Virus record (IMG/VR): IMGVR_UViG_3300046804_001743
Span: 1 to 64,000 of that record
Length of the DNA: 64,000 nt
Direction: 5' to 3' (one strand)
Source: a virus
Part shown: positions 1-10,371 of the stretch, in pieces
Layout: the number at the start of each line of letters is the position of its first letter
Numbering within the stretch: position 1 is the stretch's first letter
Translations under genes and position numbers: made by a program
Notes under the pieces: generated by a model
The model's database searches: none
Seen by the model: only the letters and a program-made list of their open reading frames with translations
Told to the model about the DNA's origin: nothing

Positions 1-232
1 AGATTATTTCTATATGCTAAAAACTAAAAAGAATGCACCAGTAGAACAATGTATTCGTTACTTGGTTATGTTAGAAGACTGGGCGCCCGGGCACATAGTA
101 CAGTTAGGTGATTTATTTTTAACTGATTGGAGAGCCGGTGATGTTTGGTATTTTGATCATACTGTTCCTCACTGGGCTGCTAACTGCGGTACAACGAACT
201 TTTATAGTTGTCAAGTGAGTACATTAAAATGA
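1..232 (+). CDS. C-terminal fragment of cupin/2OG-oxygenase-like protein (gene starts upstream of window)
   Basis: Frame is open to the window edge. The tail ...APGHIVQLGD..AGDVWYFDHTVPHWAANCG is paralogous to the C-terminus of the 1957..2493 protein (APGHIFVYKD..AGDLFQFENSNDIHGAANIG). Confidence 0.5.
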   Translation, partial: DYFYMLKTKKNAPVEQCIRYLVMLEDWAPGHIVQLGDLFLTDWRAGDVWYFDHTVPHWAANCGTTNFYSCQVSTLK

Positions 233-1359
233 ATATACTAGAATTTAATCCAGGATGGAGTAAAGACATAGCGGTGTGCTTTGTTGATAATACACGGTTA
301 TACAATAGCAATGCTAGAGAGCTAATTAAAAATCAAGCCGATGGGGTGCTAGCTAATCTATACAACAAAGGTTACACAATATTTCAATGGATTGATGAAG
401 ATGCTTTATTAAAACATGTCTCAACTTTGGATTATAAATTTGCACTTGTGTTTAGTACAGGAACAGAATTTATCAATGGCACTGCGTTCTTCGATGCATT
501 AGAAATATTAAAACAAAAAGACTTCTTAGTTGCAGGTCACGTATTAGATAGAAGCGATGCTTACTACGAATTGCATCATCAGTGTTATGTTATTAACTTA
601 GAGAAGTATAGAAACTTAAACTGTCCATTAGTAGGACAACAAGAGTTAGGAAGTAAGCATATACAAACTATGCCTAAAAGAAGTAAAGAAAGCATACACG
701 ACGATTACACTCCTTTTTGGGTAACTTATGGAGATTACGCTCGAGAAGAATATCAACATAAGTGTCACGGTTGGAACATACTAAGTGTAGCATTTGAAAA
801 TAAAGAAAATGTTGTTGTGTTTGGTAGCGACCTTAGAGATAACAAGAAACATTTCTATCCTGAAAATCCAAGAGACTTTAATAAACAGTTGGGCTGGGCA
901 TATAGTCGTTTAAATTACTGTCACGATACATTTGTACATACCAACAACACAGAGACTATACACCTGCCGGTTAAACAGTACGACCAAATTGTAACTCCTG
1001 CAAGCGGAGTTTGGTTCAATGAATATTTGTCGCCAACTGCAACGGTTATAATGTATGATTACAATAAGTCTTCATTAGAATACTGGAAGTTAAAATATCC
1101 TAGTTTTAAATTTGTACAATGTGACTTACTAAGTGATAGCAATTTAGTAGACTACATAGATACTAGTATTCCGAACACACTTGTAAACTTATCAAATATT
1201 TTTAACTATGAAGGAACGACATTCTTTTATAGTTTAGCATATAGGAAGCACAAAGAGGCCGAACTCGAGCAAGCAATTAAAAGTGCTATTCCTACAGCGG
1301 AGATTTATTTTAGTTTAAGAGCTAGTGTTACAGAAACTATTCCTACGTGGCATCTATAA
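208..1359 (+). CDS. hypothetical protein (383 aa)
   Basis: Long ORF with ATGA-type overlap with the upstream gene. No motif recognised. Confidence 0.5.
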   Translation: MSSEYIKMNILEFNPGWSKDIAVCFVDNTRLYNSNARELIKNQADGVLANLYNKGYTIFQWIDEDALLKHVSTLDYKFALVFSTGTEFINGTAFFDALEILKQKDFLVAGHVLDRSDAYYELHHQCYVINLEKYRNLNCPLVGQQELGSKHIQTMPKRSKESIHDDYTPFWVTYGDYAREEYQHKCHGWNILSVAFENKENVVVFGSDLRDNKKHFYPENPRDFNKQLGWAYSRLNYCHDTFVHTNNTETIHLPVKQYDQIVTPASGVWFNEYLSPTATVIMYDYNKSSLEYWKLKYPSFKFVQCDLLSDSNLVDYIDTSIPNTLVNLSNIFNYEGTTFFYSLAYRKHKEAELEQAIKSAIPTAEIYFSLRASVTETIPTWHL

Positions 1360-1960
1360 ATTTAATTATTAAATCAGCTAGCTCTTGATTTTTTAAAAGA
1401 CCATCTATATGATTCGGAGCCATATCCGATCCGCCTGCGGCAAAGTCTTTAAGTATAACAGGAATTACTTGACCAGTTTGCCATTCATATATGTTATCAA
1501 AACACCATAGATGTATTATTTTAGTACCTGTTAGTTTAGCAAGAATTTCTCTGTCAAACTTGTATAGAGCCGATGCTATTTCTTCCTTAGCCTTATTGTC
1601 GTCATACAAGAACTGAAAGTATTTTTTTGCGGCATCAACTGTTTTATAATTAAAAATATTTGATAACTTTATATCTTTTAATTTTAAATTAACAGTATTT
1701 CCGTAAGATAAGTTTCTAACAGTAGGATGGTAAATCCTATTTCGATCCGTCCAACAGAATATACAAACATCTGGTGTTTCAACCGAGGGAAACTGTTTTA
1801 AAATAACATCCCATACGCTACTGCCGCCCTTACCTAAATTTACAATATCAGCAGAGTAATGATTTTTAACTTTAGTTAGGTAAGTTTCGTAGCCATTGAT
1901 TATACTATGGGGATTATTAAACTCTTCGCAAAAGCTGTCGCCGAAGAATCCGATCTTCAT
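1343..1960 (-). CDS. SGNH/GDSL-like hydrolase or acyltransferase
   Basis: N-terminal MKIGFFGDSF (GDS block I) and a C-terminal D..PNHIDG block V-like motif. Confidence 0.5.
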   Translation of the reverse strand: MKIGFFGDSFCEEFNNPHSIINGYETYLTKVKNHYSADIVNLGKGGSSVWDVILKQFPSVETPDVCIFCWTDRNRIYHPTVRNLSYGNTVNLKLKDIKLSNIFNYKTVDAAKKYFQFLYDDNKAKEEIASALYKFDREILAKLTGTKIIHLWCFDNIYEWQTGQVIPVILKDFAAGGSDMAPNHIDGLLKNQELADLIIKFIDAT

Positions 1961-2493
1961 AGATACTCCGTAACTAATAGCATAAGGCGAGGTGTATGAC
2001 CAATGTTTGCGGCACCGTGTATATCATTTGAATTTTCAAACTGAAACAGGTCTCCTGCTTTATATCCAGTGATCATCTCATCTTTATAAACAAATATGTG
2101 TCCTGGTGCATAATCTTGCAAAGGCATCCAATACCTTTTACAATCTCTATCATAAACATGTGGGTCAGTATGCATGGGCATAAACTGTCCAGGAGTTAAT
2201 TTAGTAAACCACCAATGCACATCCCCTGTTGTCCAAAAAGGTGCAATGTTTAAATTTAAATCTTTTTCTTCATAGACCCACCAATGGACTGCATTAAGGT
2301 CGTAGCCTGCTTCACTTGCTAATTGGTATTCTCTGCTTTCTGCTAAAAATTTTGGGGGCCAGTCTCTAGGGCGTGCCTGACCGTTATTAGTTAAAATTTT
2401 ATGTTCCCATAGCGGATCTATCCAACTATAATAATTACCTATGAATTTCATTCTACTCTCGGGCCGTTGGCAATAAATGTAGCACATATCCAT
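1957..2493 (-). CDS. cupin / 2OG-Fe(II) oxygenase-like protein
   Basis: HTDPH ... IHGAANIGH pattern (HxD...H). Paralog of the truncated first ORF. Confidence 0.45.
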   Translation of the reverse strand: MDMCYIYCQRPESRMKFIGNYYSWIDPLWEHKILTNNGQARPRDWPPKFLAESREYQLASEAGYDLNAVHWWVYEEKDLNLNIAPFWTTGDVHWWFTKLTPGQFMPMHTDPHVYDRDCKRYWMPLQDYAPGHIFVYKDEMITGYKAGDLFQFENSNDIHGAANIGHTPRLMLLVTEYL

Positions 2494-3047
2494 TTCTCAC
2501 CTTCGGTGATCATTGTCGACTCATGTACTCCTGACTGGTTAATAGACTCGTCAGGATAATCATATTCTAACCAAACCATAGAACCTTTCTTTGGTTTGAT
2601 AGAGAACTCTAGTATAGGAAAATGTAATTCGCCGCCTTGGTAGTTGTCATTTAAATAAAAAATAGCAGTATGCTTTCTATCGCCGCCTTTAGCATAGTAA
2701 TTAATACGTGTTGGTTCTACAGGATAGTCAACATGTAAATCAAAAAATTGCCCTTCGTCGTAACGATATATGTCTCCTGCTTCGATATGGCTTCTTGGTA
2801 CGCCCGTTACTTTAGTGATGATTGCCCAGAAGTACTCTCTAATTTCTTGTGGAGTATCCCAGCTGATATTTCGCTGTTCAATGCCTTCGTGAACTTGACC
2901 ATCAGATTGTTGATACGATTCCCATCCGGCTCTCGGATTCATTCCAGCTTTAGTAAACTTATTAATAACATAATCGCAAAATTCGTTATCAACCACATCT
3001 TCATATAACACTACACGAGGGATTTCACTGTAAACAATCTCTTTCAT
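2448..3047 (-). CDS. 2OG-Fe(II) oxygenase (prolyl 4-hydroxylase-like)
   Basis: FDLHVDY (HxD) ... GGELHFP ... VHES second His. P4H-like layout. Confidence 0.6.
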   Translation of the reverse strand: MKEIVYSEIPRVVLYEDVVDNEFCDYVINKFTKAGMNPRAGWESYQQSDGQVHEGIEQRNISWDTPQEIREYFWAIITKVTGVPRSHIEAGDIYRYDEGQFFDLHVDYPVEPTRINYYAKGGDRKHTAIFYLNDNYQGGELHFPILEFSIKPKKGSMVWLEYDYPDESINQSGVHESTMITEGEKWICATFIANGPRVE

Positions 3048-3048
3048 A

Positions 3049-3966
3049 TTAGTATCCTGTTAAGTGATTAATACCTAGCTTTTTACGAAATTCGTCTGTA
3101 AACACACAGTCTACTCTCATGCCGTATTCCTGTTCGTTAGAATGATCACCACCGTGCCAATCTTCGTCGTTCCAAAAGGCTGCATTAGAATTTATATAGA
3201 ATTTACTTTCTGTGTCCGGATCCCATATATAGAACCCTCTCTTAGTTCTGTACCTTATATGAATAAACTCGTGTCGATGTGTAGTATAATAATTATTTTC
3301 AAAGACACCGTTTGTTGCATCCAAGTCTCTGTGTTCAAATGCTTTGCCATTATGATCACAAAGGAAGAATATTACACGACCTATTTGGCTTATAATATTA
3401 GTATCTACCAAATTTTCAACCCAGCTTACAACACCTGGAAAATATTGTTGGATAGGCGTTCTTTGTCGAGCTCCGTTACGATCGTTCCAATCGCCTTCCT
3501 CCCATAAGAAATAATATATGTAAGGATCATTTGCACCAAGCACTGACTTTAAATAACGAGTAAACAAGTTTCTCTGTTTGTAATCTTTAAAGTCACTAGG
3601 GAAAATATCTTTACCTGCAATCTTAATAGGGTGATCGTCTGGCAAACTTTGGTACTCATTAAATGCTTGGTAAATTGGCTTCCAATCTATTGTATAGCTC
3701 ATGTCATCAAACTTATAGCCAGGCGCCATCCATGTGCCTTCCTTAGCATAGTCTCTTGCTAACGCAAAACCTTTGCAAATTTCAGGGTGCAAAGATTTGA
3801 ACCCGTCTATATCTAAAAACGGATCCAAATTAATATAGGGCTTATTGTCAATACCTTTAATCATAACAATACTTAGCTGATAAGTACTGCATGATAACCG
3901 GTTATGAGTATTACTACAATGATGTTCCAGGCAAAGGACTTTGCCGTAACAATCTAATCTACACAA
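3049..3966 (-). CDS. hypothetical protein (possible oxygenase-like); true start may be the internal MIKGIDN
   Basis: ORF with FEHRDLD and HEFIH segments. Start is uncertain because it overlaps the divergent 3891 gene. Confidence 0.4.
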   Translation of the reverse strand: MCRLDCYGKVLCLEHHCSNTHNRLSCSTYQLSIVMIKGIDNKPYINLDPFLDIDGFKSLHPEICKGFALARDYAKEGTWMAPGYKFDDMSYTIDWKPIYQAFNEYQSLPDDHPIKIAGKDIFPSDFKDYKQRNLFTRYLKSVLGANDPYIYYFLWEEGDWNDRNGARQRTPIQQYFPGVVSWVENLVDTNIISQIGRVIFFLCDHNGKAFEHRDLDATNGVFENNYYTTHRHEFIHIRYRTKRGFYIWDPDTESKFYINSNAAFWNDEDWHGGDHSNEQEYGMRVDCVFTDEFRKKLGINHLTGY

Positions 3967-4586
3967 GTCTTATAAGCAAGGACCATAAAACATTTTGCCA
4001 ATGGTATTACAACGACACAGAATATCATCGAGGCCAGAATCAAGTTGTCGATCCTGCATTAATGGAAGAAAAATGGTTAAGGGAAGTAAACTACATTACA
4101 CAAATGCGTAATACTTTTCCTGACCTTGTCCCAAATATTACTAATATCGATTTAGAAAGGCGCAGACTGTACTTTGAAATCGACGGACCAGACTTTTGGC
4201 AATTAGCAGGCCCTACTATACAAGACTACGATAGTGTACTTCCAGATTGGCGTGAGCAAATGCTAAACATTTTTAAAGCGCACAAGGCATTAGGCATTTA
4301 CAAATACAGCTTGCATCCTAGTAGTTACTTTGTTGTTAACGGTAAACTCAAAAGTATTAACTATTTCTTTTGTTATAGAGATCAAGATCCTAATATTAGT
4401 ATTCGTAGTGTGTTAAGCCATATAAGTGAAGACAGGCAAGCAGACCTATTTCCTAAAATGGCTGCAATGGGCATTAACGTAGATGCTCCTACTAGTTTTA
4501 AAGATATACAGATGTTAGCATTTGAAAGTTTCAAAACAAACTTCCCCGCTGACTTTATGGAAGAAGCTAAAAGTATCTATGAATAA
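3891..4586 (+). CDS. hypothetical protein
   Basis: ORF ends in an ATGAATAA overlap with the next radical SAM gene. Confidence 0.45.
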   Translation: MITGYEYYYNDVPGKGLCRNNLIYTSLISKDHKTFCQWYYNDTEYHRGQNQVVDPALMEEKWLREVNYITQMRNTFPDLVPNITNIDLERRRLYFEIDGPDFWQLAGPTIQDYDSVLPDWREQMLNIFKAHKALGIYKYSLHPSSYFVVNGKLKSINYFFCYRDQDPNISIRSVLSHISEDRQADLFPKMAAMGINVDAPTSFKDIQMLAFESFKTNFPADFMEEAKSIYE

Positions 4587-5739
4587 AACATATTGTGCTT
4601 TGCCATTTAGAGAAACAATGCTTGTGCCAGGAGATGTGCTATTGTTATGCTGTAGACACGACACTAATGTAATCATAGAAGAAAATTTTGAAAAAAGTTT
4701 TAAGTCTGGCAAAATACAAGAAATACGAGAATTGATGCTAGAAGGTAAGCCCGTCGCTGGTTGCGAACAATGTTATATAGAAGAAGAGCAAGGTGTAGAA
4801 TCGATGCGTCAACAAAGCATAAAGAAATACGGTGTTGTTGAGGATATCGAACTACAGGGAATACATATACAATTTGATAACGTTTGTAATTTAAAATGTA
4901 GGATGTGTACTTCTACTTCAAGTCATTTACTTCACAACGAAGAAACAGAATTATATGGTAAAGCTATTAGTTGGCAAAAGTTTGTAGTAGCAGATAGGTA
5001 TAAAGAAATTGATACTTCTAAATTAACAGTTATAAGACTGCATGGTGGCGAACCATTTATGAGCAAAAGGGCTGAGGACTTTTTTAAAAGTATTACAAAG
5101 TCAGGCCGTATTAATCAAGTCAGCATTGTTATACCTACTAACGGAATGATTAGACCATCTAATGATTTCTTAGAAGCATTAGAAAATTGCAATGTTTTAT
5201 CTATTGCGGTTAGTATTGATGCATATGGTGGATTTAACGATTATTTTAGAAGTAAGTCAGAATTTAATACAGTGATAGAGAATTTAGATTTCTTTTGCTC
5301 ACTAATTGATTCTAGAAAACCTGGGACTACTAACATTAGTGTTGTTACAACTGTTAATGTATATAACGTAAATAAGTTAACCGAATTAGATTCGTTTTTA
5401 ACTTCGCGTTATAACAATTTAAAATTAGTAAAGTCAATGCTACACGGCCCTGACTACCTACGAATTTCTTGTTTACCAAAAGAATACAAAGATAAAATTC
5501 GCCATACTTTAGAATTATATCCCGATGTTCTAAAAATGTTAGACAAAGAAGATACAAACTACTTTGAAGAATTTATTTTTTATCATAATACTTTAGACAA
5601 ATTAAGACATGAGTCTCTAGAAAACTTTAATATAGAGCTTTCTCAGTATATTAAGTCTTACAAAGTTGCTAAAGAAATAACAACAGAAAGCATGGCTAAC
5701 TTCTACAATTTTGTGGACCCAGGAATTTTTAATGACTAA
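4579..5739 (+). CDS. radical SAM enzyme with Cys-rich N-terminal domain
   Basis: N-terminal YCALPF...LLCC...GCEQCY domain, then CNLKCRMC (CxxxCxxC) and LHGGEPF. Start at the ATG overlapping the upstream stop. Confidence 0.8.
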   Translation: MNKTYCALPFRETMLVPGDVLLLCCRHDTNVIIEENFEKSFKSGKIQEIRELMLEGKPVAGCEQCYIEEEQGVESMRQQSIKKYGVVEDIELQGIHIQFDNVCNLKCRMCTSTSSHLLHNEETELYGKAISWQKFVVADRYKEIDTSKLTVIRLHGGEPFMSKRAEDFFKSITKSGRINQVSIVIPTNGMIRPSNDFLEALENCNVLSIAVSIDAYGGFNDYFRSKSEFNTVIENLDFFCSLIDSRKPGTTNISVVTTVNVYNVNKLTELDSFLTSRYNNLKLVKSMLHGPDYLRISCLPKEYKDKIRHTLELYPDVLKMLDKEDTNYFEEFIFYHNTLDKLRHESLENFNIELSQYIKSYKVAKEITTESMANFYNFVDPGIFND

Positions 5740-6706
5740 ACCCTACTTAAAACTTCTTGATATCTATTACGGAGCAAAGTGTAATCTTTCTTGTAATCAA
5801 TGTGATACAAGAAGCGATGTTATTAGAACAGCAGATAACGATCCTAATATTGAAACAATATTAGAAGGAATAACTTTAGCAAAAGAAAAATTCGAAATTG
5901 ATTTGTATAGTGTACTAGGAGGAGAGCCGTTACTTTATCTAGATAAGATCGATATCATACTCGAACACATTCGAAAAATAGATCCTAATGCAAAGATACA
6001 ATTTTCTACCAATGGTACATTACTTTCTAAAAAGATAGACGACGTTGTTAGCATTATGCAAAAACATAATTGTGGACTATTTGTCTGTAACCATTTTGCG
6101 GCATTTGATGTAGATATGACTGCAAGAATAACTGATAGTGTAGACTATCTAGTTAATCGCCTAGGGTTATCTAGAGGAGATGCTAATAAATTCTTTAAAG
6201 AATTTATTCAATTAGATAATCCAAGAAAAGATCCGTTTTTTCAAAAGTGGATTAAACAACACGAAGATTACTTTTTAGGTGAGCAACCAGACGACCATTA
6301 CTATCATAACGGTAATATCTTTGTGCATTTTAGACCGCAATATGATTTTAAAAAGAATCATTACATGAAAGATGGAAAACCTAAACCTCATATGACAGGT
6401 CTTCCTCATATATCTTTTAAAGAAGGATGCAGTAGTGTTTTATGTAACTTTTTAATAGATAAAAAAATTTATAAGTGTGCGGCATTGGGAACTTTAAAAA
6501 AGTTCTTAGAGTTTCATGGAAGTTTAGATGATCCAGATTGGAAAAAATACTTAGACTACAAGTGTTTAGATTTAGAAACTTGCTCCGAAGGTGATGCATA
6601 TAAATTCAGTATTGGTAAATTTTGTGCAGTTGCAGAATGCGACATGTGCGGAACTAGCAGTTTTAAAAGAACAGAAGAGTTTGTAATAAATGTACACAGT
6701 CGTTGA
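5732..6706 (+). CDS. radical SAM enzyme with C-terminal Cys-rich (SPASM/twitch-like) region
   Basis: CNLSCNQCDT motif and VLGGEPLLY. C-terminal cysteines C..C...C..C.C. Confidence 0.75.
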   Translation: MTKPYLKLLDIYYGAKCNLSCNQCDTRSDVIRTADNDPNIETILEGITLAKEKFEIDLYSVLGGEPLLYLDKIDIILEHIRKIDPNAKIQFSTNGTLLSKKIDDVVSIMQKHNCGLFVCNHFAAFDVDMTARITDSVDYLVNRLGLSRGDANKFFKEFIQLDNPRKDPFFQKWIKQHEDYFLGEQPDDHYYHNGNIFVHFRPQYDFKKNHYMKDGKPKPHMTGLPHISFKEGCSSVLCNFLIDKKIYKCAALGTLKKFLEFHGSLDDPDWKKYLDYKCLDLETCSEGDAYKFSIGKFCAVAECDMCGTSSFKRTEEFVINVHSR

Positions 6707-7244
6707 ATGGCGGGAAGATTTAGACCTTACTGCATTTTATAAAGAGGCAGAAGAAAAAGGATTTGCTAATAATAGCAGTCAGCGTGTGATGATTGATTGT
6801 TTTAGAAATGAGCAAAAATGGAACGCTTGGATTCTGTACGAAGACAGTAATGCAATTGGTAGTGTTGCCGCTCACTCGTTTGACGACGTCATGGGGCCCG
6901 GTAGTTATAGGATACTTACAAGATGTTGTGTTCTACGAGGTGCAAGATCAAGTGGTGGAATGATGACTGCTAATGTTGCTATAGGACAACATCAAAATTT
7001 AACTGATCAATTTTTATTACCGGCCTGTATTAACTGGGCAGGCAACAACGTGTATGCAACATCCAACGAAAGCAAAGTTGCTAGCCAACGGTTTGTGCAT
7101 AGAACTTATTTTCCCACTTTAGAAAAAATAGGTGTTGTAGAAAAAGTCAAAGATGTTTTTTACAGAGGAACTGAGCAAACAGTATGGAAAATACATGTTA
7201 ATAATTTCTATGAGAATTTAAATCGTTATCCTAGATGGATTTAA
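6690..7244 (+). CDS. hypothetical protein (184 aa)
   Basis: ORF between radical SAM genes. No motif recognised. Confidence 0.4.
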   Translation: MYTVVEWREDLDLTAFYKEAEEKGFANNSSQRVMIDCFRNEQKWNAWILYEDSNAIGSVAAHSFDDVMGPGSYRILTRCCVLRGARSSGGMMTANVAIGQHQNLTDQFLLPACINWAGNNVYATSNESKVASQRFVHRTYFPTLEKIGVVEKVKDVFYRGTEQTVWKIHVNNFYENLNRYPRWI

Positions 7245-8166
7245 TAGGAATATTTTTAAATTTCTTTTTAAAGTTCGGATCAAGTGTAAACTTTATGTTG
7301 TGTAATTTAACGTCCTGTTGTTTGTCAAAGGCGCATAGTTTACATACTTCTATCGACTGTTTTAAATCGTACTCGATAAATTTCTTAACTGCATCATAAC
7401 CGTCAAGCGGGTCACACGGTTTATATTTTTCTAAAATCTCCTGTGCTTCAGGCACATACTTTACTTGATGTTTGGCTTCAGGGTAATTTGTAGTAGCCGG
7501 ACAATGGTACATTAATCCGTGTTGTATATTGTATTCTGTATGCCATCCACACGCTTCAAAACTCTTTTCTTGATCGCCTCCCATATGGAAGTGAACAGTT
7601 CCGTCTTCTACACGTTGATGATATGGTTGGGCAAATCTTGTAAATTCTTCTAATCTTAAAATTAGTTTGTTGTTTAACAAATACTTTATTGCCTTGTTTT
7701 GTTGTAGTGGAATATATTCCTCTTCAATTACCTGCAAAGAATCCACCCAGGGTTCGAGAACTGCAAGTGCATCTTCTTTCATTTCTTGGAACTTTTCTTC
7801 AGAATCATAGTGGCAAGCAACTCTAAGATGTGCATTACCATCGCTAATTATTAACCTAGCTAGATCAATACGCTTTCGTAATCTTGTTCCGTTGGTTGGA
7901 ATCTCAATGTGTGCGTTAGGCCATAGGCGCCTAATATTTAAAAACCATTCATCTAAGTTAGGATGTAAAAACATCTCGCCGCCTGCAAACGCAACATTGT
8001 CAGTATCTAAATACTCTGCCCATCTTTCAAAACGATCCTCGCTATCAGTCCAGTTAAAGTTTCCAGTAAAGTCATAACAAGCCAAGCCACCGCAATGGCT
8101 GCAAGTTAAGTTGCAAAGGTTGTTTACTACAACCGAAAGATATGTATCAAGTTTAATTTTTTGCAT
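7231..8166 (-). CDS. radical SAM enzyme (SPASM/twitch-like C-terminus)
   Basis: CNLTCSHC and FAGGEMF. The C-terminal motif IPIKSI is shared with the 16159 paralog (IPIKSV). Confidence 0.75.
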   Translation of the reverse strand: MQKIKLDTYLSVVVNNLCNLTCSHCGGLACYDFTGNFNWTDSEDRFERWAEYLDTDNVAFAGGEMFLHPNLDEWFLNIRRLWPNAHIEIPTNGTRLRKRIDLARLIISDGNAHLRVACHYDSEEKFQEMKEDALAVLEPWVDSLQVIEEEYIPLQQNKAIKYLLNNKLILRLEEFTRFAQPYHQRVEDGTVHFHMGGDQEKSFEACGWHTEYNIQHGLMYHCPATTNYPEAKHQVKYVPEAQEILEKYKPCDPLDGYDAVKKFIEYDLKQSIEVCKLCAFDKQQDVKLHNIKFTLDPNFKKKFKNIPIKSI

Positions 8167-8761
8167 TTGTAATTTGTGAAACTTCTAATGTTGGATTAAT
8201 TCTTTTAAGTTCAGATACCAAGTGCGGAGTTAACTTCCATCTAAATTCAACTTGTCTTATTGTAGGTTTCTGTGCCCAGAATATAATAGTGTCAACAATG
8301 TCATCTTTAGGTGTTGTGTAATCGCTGATAAAAGAAAACGGATTATCAGAATCTACTACGGTTCCTTCAATAAACCCTAAATCTAAATGTAGTAACGGAA
8401 TTCCGTTAGGATCTAAGCTAATACGTCTACATGCATCTGCTAGTTCTTGCTTATCATGCACATACTGAGTAGGTATAACATCTGGATAGAAGCGACTTAC
8501 ACTACCCATAACAACCATCATATCTACTTTGTCTTTAAGTGCTTCTAGTAATTTTAATTGCTGACGATCTCTATAGGCGTTATTAATGAATAGTTCACAA
8601 CCGCTAGCTTCATCTATTATACGATCAAAGTCTTTGTCGATGTCATAACCGTTGCTACGGCTCATACCTATAATTTCTCTACAACTACCTTCTTTAAATT
8701 TTTCGTAGATAGCTTTACCAATGCCGCCAGTATGACCAGTGATAATAATCTTTTTATCCAT
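8153..8761 (-). CDS. short-chain dehydrogenase/reductase (SDR)
   Basis: MDKKIIITGHTGGIGK Rossmann motif and an NNAY motif. Confidence 0.6.
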   Translation of the reverse strand: MDKKIIITGHTGGIGKAIYEKFKEGSCREIIGMSRSNGYDIDKDFDRIIDEASGCELFINNAYRDRQQLKLLEALKDKVDMMVVMGSVSRFYPDVIPTQYVHDKQELADACRRISLDPNGIPLLHLDLGFIEGTVVDSDNPFSFISDYTTPKDDIVDTIIFWAQKPTIRQVEFRWKLTPHLVSELKRINPTLEVSQITNAKN

Positions 8762-9212
8762 TCGGTTCTCCGTGTACAAATGATACACAAGTTACTTTAG
8801 GGTTAGCTAACCAAAAATCAATAGTTTTGCCTATTAGCTCTGGGTTATTATAACTGTCCCCTGTTAAATCTAAAAGTAAGAAATCTGTTTTGTTTTGTGT
8901 ATTAGCAAGTTCTAACACACGTTGTTTCAATTCTTTTTTATGCTGACTATATACAGGCATGTTATGATCTGTGTAATCAGCGGCAACACTACCCATAACA
9001 ACCATCCTACTGATTTTAGAATACAAATTGTTAACTAGATCTATCTGAATACCGTTGCCATATGCATTGTTAATATACAGATCGCAACCTAGTGCAGGTG
9101 CTATCTTATCGTCTCCACGATTCAATTCGATAACAGTATGCCCTTTACTACTAAAGTAATTTGTTAGTTCTTTACCTAAACCCCGTGTTGTGCCCGTAAT
9201 TACTATTTTCAT
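8754..9212 (-). CDS. SDR-like protein (short paralog)
   Basis: MKIVITGTTRGLGK and YINNAYGNG. Paralog of the previous gene. Confidence 0.5.
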   Translation of the reverse strand: MKIVITGTTRGLGKELTNYFSSKGHTVIELNRGDDKIAPALGCDLYINNAYGNGIQIDLVNNLYSKISRMVVMGSVAADYTDHNMPVYSQHKKELKQRVLELANTQNKTDFLLLDLTGDSYNNPELIGKTIDFWLANPKVTCVSFVHGEPNG

Positions 9213-9214
9213 AC

Positions 9215-9760
9215 TTACCACAGATTTAAAATATATTTTGGTTCTAATCCGCAGTTACTGCCAGCATGCCAGTATCTCCTATCGTCCCATTTAAATGTGG
9301 CGCCTTGTGGTTGATTATAAAAGCAACGACCTTCAGCAATAAAAATATGACCAAACTTTGGTTTTCCTATATGACAATGGTATCTAACCTTTGGAGGCAA
9401 CTTTGACAGTTCTTCTTCGTGGTCATTAACATCCCAATGCCACGGAGCAAAATGCCCAACATCTACTTTACTGATCCATGCAGTATGGTAGTTTTCAATT
9501 TTAAATATTTCACAAAACTTTGCTACTGATCGCTCATCAAATTGTTTTCCTGGAATGTACATACTCCAACCTACTGTACCACCTTCAGAGATATTTTTGT
9601 ATTTTGCACGTTCCCATAAGTTAGCTACTTCGTCTAAGCCAGGAATGTTGTCACCTTTTTTGTGACTAGGTCCAATGTACTCCGGCGATGTATTAGCACA
9701 CTGGAGAATTATTTCATCCCAGCTGATCTGATCAGCACAATTTCCAATGTATTCAATCAT
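9215..9760 (-). CDS. cupin-type oxygenase-like protein
   Basis: HWDVNDHEE ... WHAGSNCG (HxD...HxAxNxG signature shared by five paralogs). Confidence 0.45.
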   Translation of the reverse strand: MIEYIGNCADQISWDEIILQCANTSPEYIGPSHKKGDNIPGLDEVANLWERAKYKNISEGGTVGWSMYIPGKQFDERSVAKFCEIFKIENYHTAWISKVDVGHFAPWHWDVNDHEEELSKLPPKVRYHCHIGKPKFGHIFIAEGRCFYNQPQGATFKWDDRRYWHAGSNCGLEPKYILNLW

Positions 9761-10371
9761 CTCGGCTTTCCTAAAAAATGAAACAGATAATAAGGCTCAT
9801 ACCCACAGTTAGTGCCAGCATGCCAGGTTTTATAATCATTCCATTCGTAAATCTCATGCTGTGCAATATTATAAAATGCATCTTGTCCTTCTAACAACAG
9901 TACATGACCATCTTGCGGTTTGTCCATAAATGCTACCCAACGTTTTAATTCGCCTTCTGCAAGCCACTCTTTTTCTCTATCTTCTACATCCCAATGATAA
10001 GGAACACATCGTCCAGGCCAGAGCTCGCTAACAAATACACGCCTTGGATCTGCGTTTACTAAGTCTGCAAACTTGTTCTGCACTTCTATATCAAAATGCA
10101 CACCAGGATAGTAATCGTACCATTCGATTAAAGATAAATCATAGCCAGCATCATTCCATAATTTAATAACTTCTCGATATGATCCAAGTAAAGCAGGATC
10201 TTCCTGCCAGCTTGATTCTGACCTGTCTACTACTGTTTTCACAGAATTAAAATCTCCGTCAGAACTGTTTCTGCAGATTTTTACAATTTCATCCCAATCA
10301 ATAATACCCTTAGTTGTTCCAACGTATTTCGCCATAAATGTATTCCAAAGTTTCTCCTGCCCACTTAACAT
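9757..10371 (-). CDS. cupin-type oxygenase-like protein (tandem paralog)
   Basis: HWDVEDREKE ... WHAGTNCGYEP. About 35-40% identical to the 9215 protein. Confidence 0.45.
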   Translation of the reverse strand: MLSGQEKLWNTFMAKYVGTTKGIIDWDEIVKICRNSSDGDFNSVKTVVDRSESSWQEDPALLGSYREVIKLWNDAGYDLSLIEWYDYYPGVHFDIEVQNKFADLVNADPRRVFVSELWPGRCVPYHWDVEDREKEWLAEGELKRWVAFMDKPQDGHVLLLEGQDAFYNIAQHEIYEWNDYKTWHAGTNCGYEPYYLFHFLGKPR